This document shows, one piece after another, positions 28,950 through 38,804 of a stretch of 64,000 nucleotides of DNA. The stretch is from Chloroflexota bacterium. Lineage in GTDB: Bacteria; Chloroflexota; Anaerolineae; Anaerolineales; E44-bin32. The position numbers were made by a program, and so were the translations under genes. Position 1 is the stretch's first letter. Each line of letters opens with the position of its first letter. The stretch lies in contig JADFRQ010000011.1 of NCBI GenBank assembly GCA_022561215.1, positions 1,068 through 65,067 on the forward strand. The letters are read 5' to 3'. Under the pieces are notes generated by a model that was not told the DNA's origin, did no database searches, and worked only from the letters and a program-made list of their open reading frames with translations.

Positions 28950-29534
28950 ATGCTGAAAATAATTAGGAAGTCGAAAATTCTACTTTCGATCGTTGGAATA
29001 AGTGCATTTGGGCTGGCATTGCTCACTCTCAATATCATCCGCCAACCATCGCCTAATTCCAATGCAGTGCGTCCTGAGCCCGATCCGATAGGCAACCTCG
29101 AGGTTGCTCCGGTCTTGGGATCGTTATCCCCTGAGTTCGAGTTGCTAGATTTGGCTGGTGATCGCGTCAAGTTAAGTGATTTCATCGGTGAGCCGGTGGT
29201 CATAAACTTCTGGGCAACTTGGTGTGGGCCCTGTCGTATAGAGATGCCTGCGCTCGAAGCGAGGTTTAAGGAATATGAAGCTTCCGGACTTAAAATCCTC
29301 GCAGTAGATTTTGACGAGTCAGATGAGAAAGTGCGCAAGTTCGGTGATGAATTAGGCCTCACATTTACAATATTGCTCGATCCTGGGGCCAATGTACAAA
29401 AGCTTTACAGGATCAGGGCTTATCCAACTTCGTTCTTCATTGATCGGGAGGGTGTTATCCAGGTCCAACACTTCGGGGCGATGACAGAAGAACAGCTCGA
29501 TGCTAATCTTGCCCAGATTGGAATTGGTATCTGA
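28950..29534 (+). CDS. TlpA/ResA-family membrane-anchored thioredoxin-like oxidoreductase
   Basis: N-terminal anchor, then VVINFWATWCGPCRIEMP (CxxC) and YRIRAYPTSFFIDREG (cis-Pro region). Confidence 0.85.
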   Translation: MLKIIRKSKILLSIVGISAFGLALLTLNIIRQPSPNSNAVRPEPDPIGNLEVAPVLGSLSPEFELLDLAGDRVKLSDFIGEPVVINFWATWCGPCRIEMPALEARFKEYEASGLKILAVDFDESDEKVRKFGDELGLTFTILLDPGANVQKLYRIRAYPTSFFIDREGVIQVQHFGAMTEEQLDANLAQIGIGI

Positions 29535-29683
29535 GATTGGGAATGGCCGGCCCGACCCGAATATCCGGCCAGGGCATCGATAACGGGACGAATGTTGATT
29601 AACGAGTCACGCTGCAAGGGATCCGAGCGAGATCGTATTAACCTCAGTGGAGGCTCTACGAGTGGTGTGGAAAGGAAAAGTCA

Positions 29684-30919
29684 ATGTTTATAAAGCTAAA
29701 GAAGGGTCGATTGTTTCTCGCAGTGGGAATAAGCCTAGTCTTGGCTGCATGTGCTCCGGTTGTATCGGACAATCTGCCGAAGAGATCGGATCAGAATCTT
29801 GAGAATCCACCTGGCGCTGGTGGAATTGAAACGGAGGCAGAAGTGGACAGAAGCGAAGATCCGTTTGATGGGGTGAACGTAAAATTCAATCTGAGTTTCT
29901 GGCCGGACACCGATTTCACCAAACATACGATTGATTACAATGAGATCTTTTCCGGCGGTCCACCTCCTGATGGAATTCCGGCAATCGATTCGCCCGTTTT
30001 CGAGGCAATTGAGCGGGGCGATCAATGGCTGGGGGAGGATTGGCCGATAATGTTTTTTGAACGAAACGGGGATGCGCGTGCTTATCCCTTGGCAATTCTC
30101 ATTCATCATGAAATCGTGAATGACGTTGTGGGAGGAGTACCGGTTGCGATCACATTCTGTCCTCTCTGTAATTCCACGATTGCGTTCAATCGTACGCTTG
30201 CGGATGGAAGAGTATTGGATTTTGGAACGACTGGAAATCTAAGAAATTCGGATCTGGTGATGTATGATCGCCAAACAAAGTCATGGTGGCAACAATTCAC
30301 TGGAGAGGGAATTGTAGGCGAGCTTACTGGTGTGCAATTGGAGTTTCTGCCATCGCAAATTGTCGCCTGGTCCGATTTCAAGGAAAATCATCCGGAAGGA
30401 ACAGTGCTCTCTCGGAATACCGGTCATTTGCGCCCCTACGGAAACAATCCCTATGCCGGGTATGACACGATCGATAGCAACCCATTTTTCCCAGTCAGCG
30501 GCGATGATAATCGCTTGCTGCCCAAGGAACGCGTCGTTGCGATCCAAATCGATGGAATCGACGTCGCCTATCCCTTTACGCTCTTGAGCGAGCTGAATGT
30601 GGTGAATGATCAAATCTCTGGCGATCCACTGGTGGTATTTTGGGCCGCAGGAACTGAGTCTACTTTTGGCAATGGGGGCCCAGATACTGGATCGAGCAGT
30701 GTTTTCATTCGCATAATCGATGGTCAGGAGCTGACTTTCGTGAGCGTGGCCGATGGGTTTCAGGATGAGCAAACGAACAGCCTGTGGAATATTTTTGGTG
30801 AGGCGATTGAAGGCGAACTGAGTGGCAAAAAGATGGAGCAAGTTGTCTCTGGTGAGCACTTCTGGTTTGCTTGGGTCACTTTCAAGCCCGAGACAATTGT
30901 TTGGTCGCCTGCTGGCTGA
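29684..30919 (+). CDS. DUF3179-family lipoprotein with CPLC motif
   Basis: Lipobox LVLAAC. DUF3179-type PPPDGIPAIDSPVF, YPLAILIHHEIVND and ITFCPLCNSTIAF motifs. Confidence 0.75.
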   Translation: MFIKLKKGRLFLAVGISLVLAACAPVVSDNLPKRSDQNLENPPGAGGIETEAEVDRSEDPFDGVNVKFNLSFWPDTDFTKHTIDYNEIFSGGPPPDGIPAIDSPVFEAIERGDQWLGEDWPIMFFERNGDARAYPLAILIHHEIVNDVVGGVPVAITFCPLCNSTIAFNRTLADGRVLDFGTTGNLRNSDLVMYDRQTKSWWQQFTGEGIVGELTGVQLEFLPSQIVAWSDFKENHPEGTVLSRNTGHLRPYGNNPYAGYDTIDSNPFFPVSGDDNRLLPKERVVAIQIDGIDVAYPFTLLSELNVVNDQISGDPLVVFWAAGTESTFGNGGPDTGSSSVFIRIIDGQELTFVSVADGFQDEQTNSLWNIFGEAIEGELSGKKMEQVVSGEHFWFAWVTFKPETIVWSPAG

Positions 30920-30953
30920 GGGCGTCGCATTGCAATTCCATAGTTGAGGTGAT

Positions 30954-31024
30954 GTTCCCCCGCCAATGGGCGCCGTGACCAACGAATTCCCCTGTTCTGT
31001 CATTCTGAGCCGCAGCGCAGCGCA
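30954..31024. repeat. Intergenic repeat, copy A (about 70 nt)
   Basis: GTTCCCCCGCCAATGGGCGCCGTGACCAACGAATTCCCCTGTTCTGTCATTCTGAGCCGCAGCGCAGCGCA. It recurs at roughly 85 percent identity (by eye) at 31133-31204. Confidence 0.9.
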
Positions 31025-31100
31025 GGGGAAGAATCTCGTTTTGTATGGGTGAAGCCCCATTCTGGACAAGAACGAGATCCTTCGCTTTGCTCAGGATGAC
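30999..31100. repeat. Long imperfect inverted repeat (hairpin-forming) built on the GTCATTCTGAGC...GAAGAATCTCGTT core
   Basis: Left arm GTCATTCTGAGC...GAAGAATCTCGTT (30999-31040) pairs with right arm AACGAGATCCTTC...GCTCAGGATGAC (31071-31100). Confidence 0.8.
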
Positions 31101-31132
31101 ATTAATAGGTTTGCATTAATGGTGTCGAAGAG

Positions 31133-31204
31133 GTTCCCTCGCAGATGGGCGCCGGGAGCAACGCATTCCCCCTATTCTGTCATTCTGAGCCGGAGCGCAG
31201 CGCA
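31133..31204. repeat. Intergenic repeat, copy B
   Basis: GTTCCCTCGCAGATGGGCGCCGGGAGCAACGCATTCCCCCTATTCTGTCATTCTGAGCCGGAGCGCAGCGCA, a direct repeat of copy A. Confidence 0.9.
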
Positions 31205-31235
31205 TAGTCTGGACAACAATGCGGCAAACCTGGGC

Positions 31236-32273
31236 TTAATCAGGACTGATTGGCGTTACCGAAGGATCGATAAAACCTGTCTGCAATTCATCGATCATCT
31301 TTTCAATCCACTGCAGCCTGCCAATCGAGAGCAATTCTTGATTTACATCCTCCACGAGCAATGGTATTTCTGCGCGCCAACCGCCTTTCTCCTCCAGAAT
31401 GTCATTCCATTTCTCGCGAATTGAAATCTCAGGCGCAAATCGAAGCGTGGCAATCCAGCGCTCGGCATCAGCCGGCATACTGACTCCAATGAAATTCAGC
31501 TCACTATTCATGAGTATTTGCAGCATTTCTGTGTCGCCAAGCTGCATGTTGATAAACAACGTATCAACGGCATTTGCCGCAAAAAAATCAGCCGCTTGTC
31601 TCCAATCCTCATCTGTACGATTGGCCTTGAGCGCGAACGATAATGGATAATCGTAATATGGTGGGTAGGTCAACCGGCAAAGTCCACAGAAATAGATCAT
31701 CCCGTTTCGAAAGCCGGCGGCGCGTATTCCGGCGCCTTCGTCGATAAGGGTTGCAACGCGCCAATCCGGCGTAATCACAGCTGCAAGGTAGCCTGCGAGA
31801 AAAGATAATTGATCTTCGCGAAATCCGTTTGCTCCAAGCAGGCTGAGATTATGCTTCGTTCCCAGGCCGGATATTCCGACGGCGACAAACTGCACCTGGG
31901 GTGATAGATCGGCCCATTGCTCGATATCCGGGGCCGGAGGCAGGGCCACGACCACACGAAGCTGAGAATCGACGTCTTCTGCAGGATAGCTGGCGCGCTG
32001 TTCAAGGGCCCATCCCTGGTCAGCCGTCAAATCTTGCAACGCAACTAGCAAATGCTGTTGGATCTGCCGATGCATGCTGGGGTCGGCAACAATGAATAAT
32101 TTGGGAGGAAGGGCATCATCTGTCGAATTCGGAGATTGAATTTCTTCGGTTAAGGATGCTGATGGAGGAGGACGTGTAGGCAAAACAGCAGGCGTCGTGG
32201 GGTTGGGGGCGCACGCAGATAGAAATATCGCGATGATGGGGAAATAGGCTTGCCATCGATAGCGTGTGTCCAT
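31236..32273 (-). CDS. Hypothetical lipoprotein (possibly a BMP/periplasmic-binding-like fold)
   Basis: Lipobox AIFLSAC and a Pro-rich linker. The fold assignment is only a weak impression from FVAVGISG...LAGYLAAV. Confidence 0.5.
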   Translation of the reverse strand: MDTRYRWQAYFPIIAIFLSACAPNPTTPAVLPTRPPPSASLTEEIQSPNSTDDALPPKLFIVADPSMHRQIQQHLLVALQDLTADQGWALEQRASYPAEDVDSQLRVVVALPPAPDIEQWADLSPQVQFVAVGISGLGTKHNLSLLGANGFREDQLSFLAGYLAAVITPDWRVATLIDEGAGIRAAGFRNGMIYFCGLCRLTYPPYYDYPLSFALKANRTDEDWRQAADFFAANAVDTLFINMQLGDTEMLQILMNSELNFIGVSMPADAERWIATLRFAPEISIREKWNDILEEKGGWRAEIPLLVEDVNQELLSIGRLQWIEKMIDELQTGFIDPSVTPISPD

Positions 32274-32341
32274 TTAATTCGAATCCACACTGGGACCATA
32301 CCTATAAGGCCAGGCACAATGGCACCAAGATATCGAAAAGC

Positions 32342-32623
32342 TCAATTTCGTCTCTTTCGAGGAGGCGATTCGGGGCCGGCAAGAATGCTTGCTGAAAACA
32401 AACCCACTATCGTTGCCAGCAATGCCGGAAAAATGTTTAGTGGCCCAACACGTACCAGATGCCAATCCAACCATTCGCCGACGAGATGACCGGCAAAAAA
32501 AGCGACCCAGGCAGTGAGCAGGTATAGAAAAAGGCGAGGCAAACGACCTCCCCGAAGCAAATGGAAAACTAGGCCGCAAATAGATGCGAGAAGCGATCCA
32601 AAGAATAAGCTTGGCAATGTCAT
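32342..32623 (-). CDS. Small 3-TM membrane protein (93 aa), translationally coupled to mnmA
   Basis: ATGA overlap with the mnmA stop at 32620-32623. Hydrophobic segments LPSLFFGSLLASICGLVF, LFLYLLTAWVAFFAGHLV and IFPALLATIVGLFSASIL. Confidence 0.5.
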   Translation of the reverse strand: MTLPSLFFGSLLASICGLVFHLLRGGRLPRLFLYLLTAWVAFFAGHLVGEWLDWHLVRVGPLNIFPALLATIVGLFSASILAGPESPPRKRRN

Positions 32624-33681
32624 GGTTGAATTAATCCACCACCCAAACATTCTCCTTCTTTGTAAAAAACTGCGAGCTGGCCAGGAGTAATATCGGCAAT
32701 AGGATTTTCGAGATCAATTTCTGCTTTCTGGCCAGACCGTGGGATCAGAGTCGCCCATTGCTCAGCCGCTCGATAACGCACTTGGACCCCAAGCCGAATT
32801 TTTTCATCAGGGGCTTCACCGTTCACCCAATGCAGGTCCTTAATGATGAAATTTGTCGATCCCAGTGCATCTTTCGTGCCCACAATCAAGTGGTTGCGCG
32901 CAAGATCTTTTCGAATGACATAAAGTGGTTGAGGGGCGCTGATACCCAGTCCCTTTCGCTGCCCAATGGTGTAAAATGCTAAACCCTTATGCTCCCCTAA
33001 ATATTTGCCTTGAACCGAAAATATGGCTCCTCCAGCTGGAAGAATTGCGCCGCTATTTTCAAGAAAGAGTCGATAATCTCCTCCGCCGATAAAGCAAAGA
33101 TCCTGGCTTTCGGGACGATCTGCGACAATTAATGAATAGTCATGGGCGAGTGCACGAACTTCAGATTTTATATAGCCACCAATGGGAAATAGCGCATGCG
33201 ACAATTGTTCTTGATTTAATATGCTGAGCACATACGATTGATCTTTCTTTAAATCCTTCGCTCTGTACAGGCTGTAACCGCCGTTTCTGCGCTTTACCTG
33301 CGCGTAGTGCCCCGTTGCCAGGTGCGTAGCACCAAGGACTTGCGCATAGTCAAGTAGGTAACGCCAACGAATATGCCGGTTGCACTCAACACAGGGATTC
33401 GGCGTTACTCCACGAACATAACCCTCGACGAAGAAATCCACGACGTTGCGTTTGAAGGTATCTTTTGCATCAAGCACATAGAAGGGAATATTAAGCTTGC
33501 CGGCAATTCGGCGCGCATTTGCCAAATCGGCCGGTGAACAACAACGGTTCTCCACCAGCTTGTCGCTCCACAAGCGCATCATGATCCCGATCACGTCTTC
33601 TCCCTGATCAACAAGAAGCGCTGCCACAACCGAGCTATCAACACCCCCGCTCATTGCAACCGCAATTTTTCTTTTTTTCAC
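32620..33681 (-). CDS. mnmA: tRNA-specific 2-thiouridylase
   Basis: PP-loop VAMSGGVDSSV, catalytic Cys regions NPCVECNRHIRW and QDLCFI. Confidence 0.95.
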   Translation of the reverse strand: MKKRKIAVAMSGGVDSSVVAALLVDQGEDVIGIMMRLWSDKLVENRCCSPADLANARRIAGKLNIPFYVLDAKDTFKRNVVDFFVEGYVRGVTPNPCVECNRHIRWRYLLDYAQVLGATHLATGHYAQVKRRNGGYSLYRAKDLKKDQSYVLSILNQEQLSHALFPIGGYIKSEVRALAHDYSLIVADRPESQDLCFIGGGDYRLFLENSGAILPAGGAIFSVQGKYLGEHKGLAFYTIGQRKGLGISAPQPLYVIRKDLARNHLIVGTKDALGSTNFIIKDLHWVNGEAPDEKIRLGVQVRYRAAEQWATLIPRSGQKAEIDLENPIADITPGQLAVFYKEGECLGGGLIQP

Positions 33682-34844
33682 TAGGCGGAGATCTTTCGCA
33701 ATCGTTCGACAGCTTCAGGGAGGATTTGGACCAGGCGTTGGATATCGGCCTCACGGGTGGGTCGGCCTACGGTCACGCGCAAAGATCCCAATGCCCAAAT
33801 CGCCGGTAATCCAATTGCTTCAAGAACCTTCGAGGGAGCAGGATCACCCGTTTTGCAAGCCGAGCCTGAGGAGCATCCAAATCCTGCAGCATCTAACACA
33901 CCAAGAAGCTGATTGCCGTCAATGCCTTTAAAAAGAAAGGAGGCGTGATTGGGGAGTCGCGAGGATAGGTGCCCACTGATCTGTGTATCGGGGATGATCT
34001 CAGGGAGCGCGCCAAGCAAATGATCGCGCAACCTGCTGTATTTTTTATTATGTTCGTCGCTCTCGGATTGGGTTATCTCGAGCGCGCGGGCCATTCCAAC
34101 AATGAGGGGAACATTTTGGGTTCCTGCGCGCAATGAAAATTCCTGAGATCCGCCTGTCTGTTGCGCCCAAATGGTGTTCCCCGAGCGAATGTACAATGCT
34201 CCAACACCCTTAGGACCATAAAATTTATGCGCGCCTAAGGAAAGCAGGTCAATATTGAGATGGTTGACAGTGATATCGAGCTGACTGGCTGCTTGAACCG
34301 CATCTGTATGAAATGGAATCTCCCGCCGGCGACAAATATCGGCGAGTTCCGCAATCGGATTAATCGTTCCGATTTCATTATTTGCATAGATAATGGATAC
34401 CAGGGCAGTATCATCTCGAATGCGGATTGCAAGATCATTTGGCGATACTCGACCATCTTCGTCCACAGGAAGAAATTCAAGATCAAACCCGAAACGTTCC
34501 GCGAGATTATGTGCGGTTTTTGAGACGGCATCGTGTTCCACGGGAGAGATTAATATATGCCGCGCGCCACGTGTGTTTTTGGCATACATCGCCAGACCTC
34601 GAACCGCGAGATTGTCGCTCTCCGATCCACAACTTGTAAAAACGATTTCCTCAGGAGCACAATCCATGATTGCGGCAATCGATTCTCTCGCATCCTCTAC
34701 CGCAGTTTCCGCGCGTTGTCCCCAACGGTGAATGGACGAGGGATTTCCGAATTCGGTCGTGAAATAGGGAAGCATTGCCTCAAGAACACGTTCGTCTATC
34801 GGTGTTGATGCTGCATAATCCAGGTAAACGCCATTCTGTTGCAT
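33681..34844 (-). CDS. Cysteine desulfurase (NifS/IscS class)
   Basis: PLP-lysine region LGAHKFYGPKG and active-site loop SSGSACKTG. 1-nt overlap with mnmA. Confidence 0.92.
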   Translation of the reverse strand: MQQNGVYLDYAASTPIDERVLEAMLPYFTTEFGNPSSIHRWGQRAETAVEDARESIAAIMDCAPEEIVFTSCGSESDNLAVRGLAMYAKNTRGARHILISPVEHDAVSKTAHNLAERFGFDLEFLPVDEDGRVSPNDLAIRIRDDTALVSIIYANNEIGTINPIAELADICRRREIPFHTDAVQAASQLDITVNHLNIDLLSLGAHKFYGPKGVGALYIRSGNTIWAQQTGGSQEFSLRAGTQNVPLIVGMARALEITQSESDEHNKKYSRLRDHLLGALPEIIPDTQISGHLSSRLPNHASFLFKGIDGNQLLGVLDAAGFGCSSGSACKTGDPAPSKVLEAIGLPAIWALGSLRVTVGRPTREADIQRLVQILPEAVERLRKISA

Positions 34845-34985
34845 AGCGGAATTCTATCACGCAGGATAGCGAGAAAAAATAGATGAGATTTCAACCCATA
34901 AATAATTGAGCTATTCATCTTGCATACAGTTCTATGCTGGATCCAGAGAAATTGGGAAGGCAAATCCTTGCAGAGAGTATAATGA

Positions 34986-36320
<1,335 letters not shown>

Positions 36321-36451
36321 TCTTTTCTCATCGGTCTTTTACAATATATTCGCACCGCATTCCATGCCATGCACGCAGGCAGGGCGCGCTGGCGAGTGCT
36401 TCACTAACTCCGGAATCAACCATCGATGCGAGTCAGCTTCATGCAGATAAA

Positions 36452-36970
36452 TCAAGAATTCAAAGATTTATCGCGGTCCAGCACTTCATCCAGAGTTAAT
36501 AATTCTCCTTGAGCCGGTCTTCGCATGTTCGGATCTTGGTGTGCACAATATGGACAAATGTGCCACGGCAGTTCCATCAACCGACCACAGTTTGTACATT
36601 CTTTATGCAGCCTGGTATGGCAGTGGGGGCATATTTGCCATTCCTTGTCGATTACGGAACCGCAACCCGGGCAAGTTGAGGAGGCCTCAATTTCGCCTAG
36701 CAGTACTTCGTCTTCCAGAGTTCGTTGATAAATTTCATCAAGCGTTTGCTTTGGCCTGAGAATTAAATAGATTATTAACCCTGGGATGTTGAGCAGCAGC
36801 ACAATAAGCGAGGAGAGCAGTTGAACAATGCGATCGCGCGTCCTGAGCTGAATGTCACGCGCTGTCCAAAAAACAAGGCTCAACCACAAGGCAGCGATAA
36901 ATGCGCCGAAAAACGCGCTACTATAAAGGAAAAATTTTCCCAAAGTCGTAAAATCGATGAATGAATCCAT
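36452..36970 (-). CDS. Membrane protein with PLDc_N-like two-TM domain and C-terminal double zinc ribbon
   Basis: WLSLVFWTARDI...LLNIPGLIIYLILRP (PLD-nuclease N-terminal-like), then CPGCG...CPHCH...CTNCG...CPYCAH. Confidence 0.65.
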   Translation of the reverse strand: MDSFIDFTTLGKFFLYSSAFFGAFIAALWLSLVFWTARDIQLRTRDRIVQLLSSLIVLLLNIPGLIIYLILRPKQTLDEIYQRTLEDEVLLGEIEASSTCPGCGSVIDKEWQICPHCHTRLHKECTNCGRLMELPWHICPYCAHQDPNMRRPAQGELLTLDEVLDRDKSLNS

Positions 36971-37077
36971 AGTTTGCTCCGACCAAAAGAAATTATAGCA
37001 CGCCGAATTTCCGGCTCTTCGGCGTTTAGCTTGGGAAAAGCCACACGGCGAGTGGACCATCTAAGAGAAGGTGCTCA

Positions 37078-37806
37078 ATGAATAAGCCGAGTACACAGCC
37101 TTATTTAATCGCGGATCTCGCTTCCAACGATAGGCCACGTGAGCGCCTATCTGACCTGGGCGCAGAGGTTCTTTCCAACGCTGAGCTGATAGCCATACTG
37201 CTGGGATCTGGCGTTAAGGGTCAGAACGTGATCGACCTGGCGCAATCTTTATTGCTGAAATTTGGTGGTCTCAGTGGATTGCATAAAACAGCATTTGATG
37301 AGTTATGCAACGTGAAGGGGATCGGCCCTGCCAAAGCAGCGCAACTTAAAGCTGCAATTGAGCTAGGCAGACGCTTAACCGCTGCATCGCCAGAAGAAAA
37401 ACCCGTGGTGCGTTCACCGGAAGATGCCGCGCGCTTAGTGATGTATGCAATGGGTGCACTGGAGGTCGAACATTTAAAAGTGATGTTATTGGATACAAGA
37501 AATAGGCTAATTCGCATTGTCCAAGTTTATGTCGGATCATTAAATGCTTCACTAATACGAGTGGGAGAGATATTTCGAGAAGCTGTTCGTGCGAATGCGG
37601 CATCGCTGATCATCGTGCATAATCATCCCAGCGGAGATCCCAGTCCGAGCCCAGAAGATATCGCCGTCACGCTCGAAATTGTAAGTGCGGGAAAATTGCT
37701 GGATGTCGAAGTCCTTGATCACATCATCATTGGGAAGAATCGCTTTGTATCGCTTAAATCGAAAGGCCTAGGTTTCGAGAACGAAGAGCCTTCTGAACGG
37801 ACATAA
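37078..37806 (+). CDS. radC: RadC-family JAB-domain protein
   Basis: N-terminal HhH region LSNAELIAILLGSG...GIGPAKAAQL and JAMM-like HNHPSGDPSPSPEDI. Confidence 0.9.
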   Translation: MNKPSTQPYLIADLASNDRPRERLSDLGAEVLSNAELIAILLGSGVKGQNVIDLAQSLLLKFGGLSGLHKTAFDELCNVKGIGPAKAAQLKAAIELGRRLTAASPEEKPVVRSPEDAARLVMYAMGALEVEHLKVMLLDTRNRLIRIVQVYVGSLNASLIRVGEIFREAVRANAASLIIVHNHPSGDPSPSPEDIAVTLEIVSAGKLLDVEVLDHIIIGKNRFVSLKSKGLGFENEEPSERT

Positions 37807-37867
37807 GACCTATGACGATGCGTCAACACTACAGCATGCATGCCTCGGCTGCCAATCTGTGCTGGCC

Positions 37868-38608
37868 TTATTCGATTGAATAGCCTAACTCGGGCAAATA
37901 GTCTGCGAACATTTCGAGCGCCTTCGCTTTGTGTTCGGCACTTAGCTCGACCCTCCAGCGGCCGCTTTTTCCGACGTTGAAGTGCAAATCATTTCCCCAG
38001 TTTTTGCGGTTGCGAGCGTCATAATGATCGATGATCTCGTTTAATACCTCATCATGCACAGGAATATCGATATGGGTAAATACTTTTTTTAGAGTGATAC
38101 GCGGCTCCTTCAGAAGATCTTCATAACGCACAAGAAGCGCACGTTTGCTTCGAATCCAACGTTTGCTTATTTGCAAGTGGTACTTCGCGACCTGCATTGC
38201 GTTCTCCATCGTCGTTAACGTATCAAACCTGGTTCGAGATTGAATGCCTTGCTCGCGAATCCACTCCCCGTGTTCAAATAATGAGAGGGTTACGTCGCGC
38301 GGATCACGGTAGATATACACGGCCTTCATCATGCCTATATCGATCATTCGTTTCACAGAGGTAGTGGGCCGGCCATGCGTTTTCACGGTAAATGTTTTGC
38401 CGAACCAATGGGGGATACTGATCAGAGCGAGCCGATGGAACCGTAAAGTCCGCGAAGTGCAATCCGATGCCGAAAGCATCCTCTGTAGGCGAAATCGATC
38501 ACGGATCCAACGCCCATCATCATGACCAGCGGCCACAACAAGATCGTTCACCATATTAAAGAACCAAGACGAACCAGCTTTCAGCATGGCTGCGGTAAGC
38601 ACAATCAT
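37868..38608 (-). CDS. Sulfotransferase-family protein
   Basis: N-terminal PAPS 5'-phosphosulfate loop-like LKAGSSWFFN and a later RDPRDVTLS (3'-phosphate-binding-like) motif. Confidence 0.6.
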   Translation of the reverse strand: MIVLTAAMLKAGSSWFFNMVNDLVVAAGHDDGRWIRDRFRLQRMLSASDCTSRTLRFHRLALISIPHWFGKTFTVKTHGRPTTSVKRMIDIGMMKAVYIYRDPRDVTLSLFEHGEWIREQGIQSRTRFDTLTTMENAMQVAKYHLQISKRWIRSKRALLVRYEDLLKEPRITLKKVFTHIDIPVHDEVLNEIIDHYDARNRKNWGNDLHFNVGKSGRWRVELSAEHKAKALEMFADYLPELGYSIE

Positions 38609-38796
38609 GAAGTTGCTCGGAGAGGTTGTGAAATTATCATTCCGCTTATCTCTGTGTGCAATAAGTCAAGGTGGCCCGGATTAGCATATTCTCCATCAGT
38701 TGAGATCTGGCTCACCTGTTTTTTGTCCATCAGGTCCACAGGTAAAGTTAAGCGACCAATGATTTCCGGTAATAAAAAAGGTGCCGAGCGTTCCAT
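38605..38796 (-). CDS. Hypothetical 63-aa ORF wedged between the transporter and sulfotransferase genes
   Basis: Starts 8 nt after the AEC transporter stop and overlaps the sulfotransferase ATG by ATGA. No SD and no recognisable motif. Confidence 0.25.
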   Translation of the reverse strand: MERSAPFLLPEIIGRLTLPVDLMDKKQVSQISTDGEYANPGHLDLLHTEISGMIISQPLRATS

Positions 38797-38804
38797 CGTA
38801 ATTC

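Noticed and set aside
28950-29534. Selenocysteine-containing thiol oxidoreductase as the client of selB (also checked trxA at 43530-43883 and DUF3179)
   Set aside because: All three redox motifs are encoded with Cys codons (WCGPC, WCGPC, CPLC), and none has an in-frame TGA.
30281-31069. 262-aa minus-strand ORF
   Set aside because: It is antisense to the DUF3179 gene and runs into the intergenic repeat. It has no motif, so it is a shadow ORF.
31119-31424. 101-aa plus-strand ORF
   Set aside because: It is translated across repeat copy B (VILSRSAAH-type repeat-derived peptide) and continues antisense into the lipoprotein gene, so it is an artefact of the repeat.
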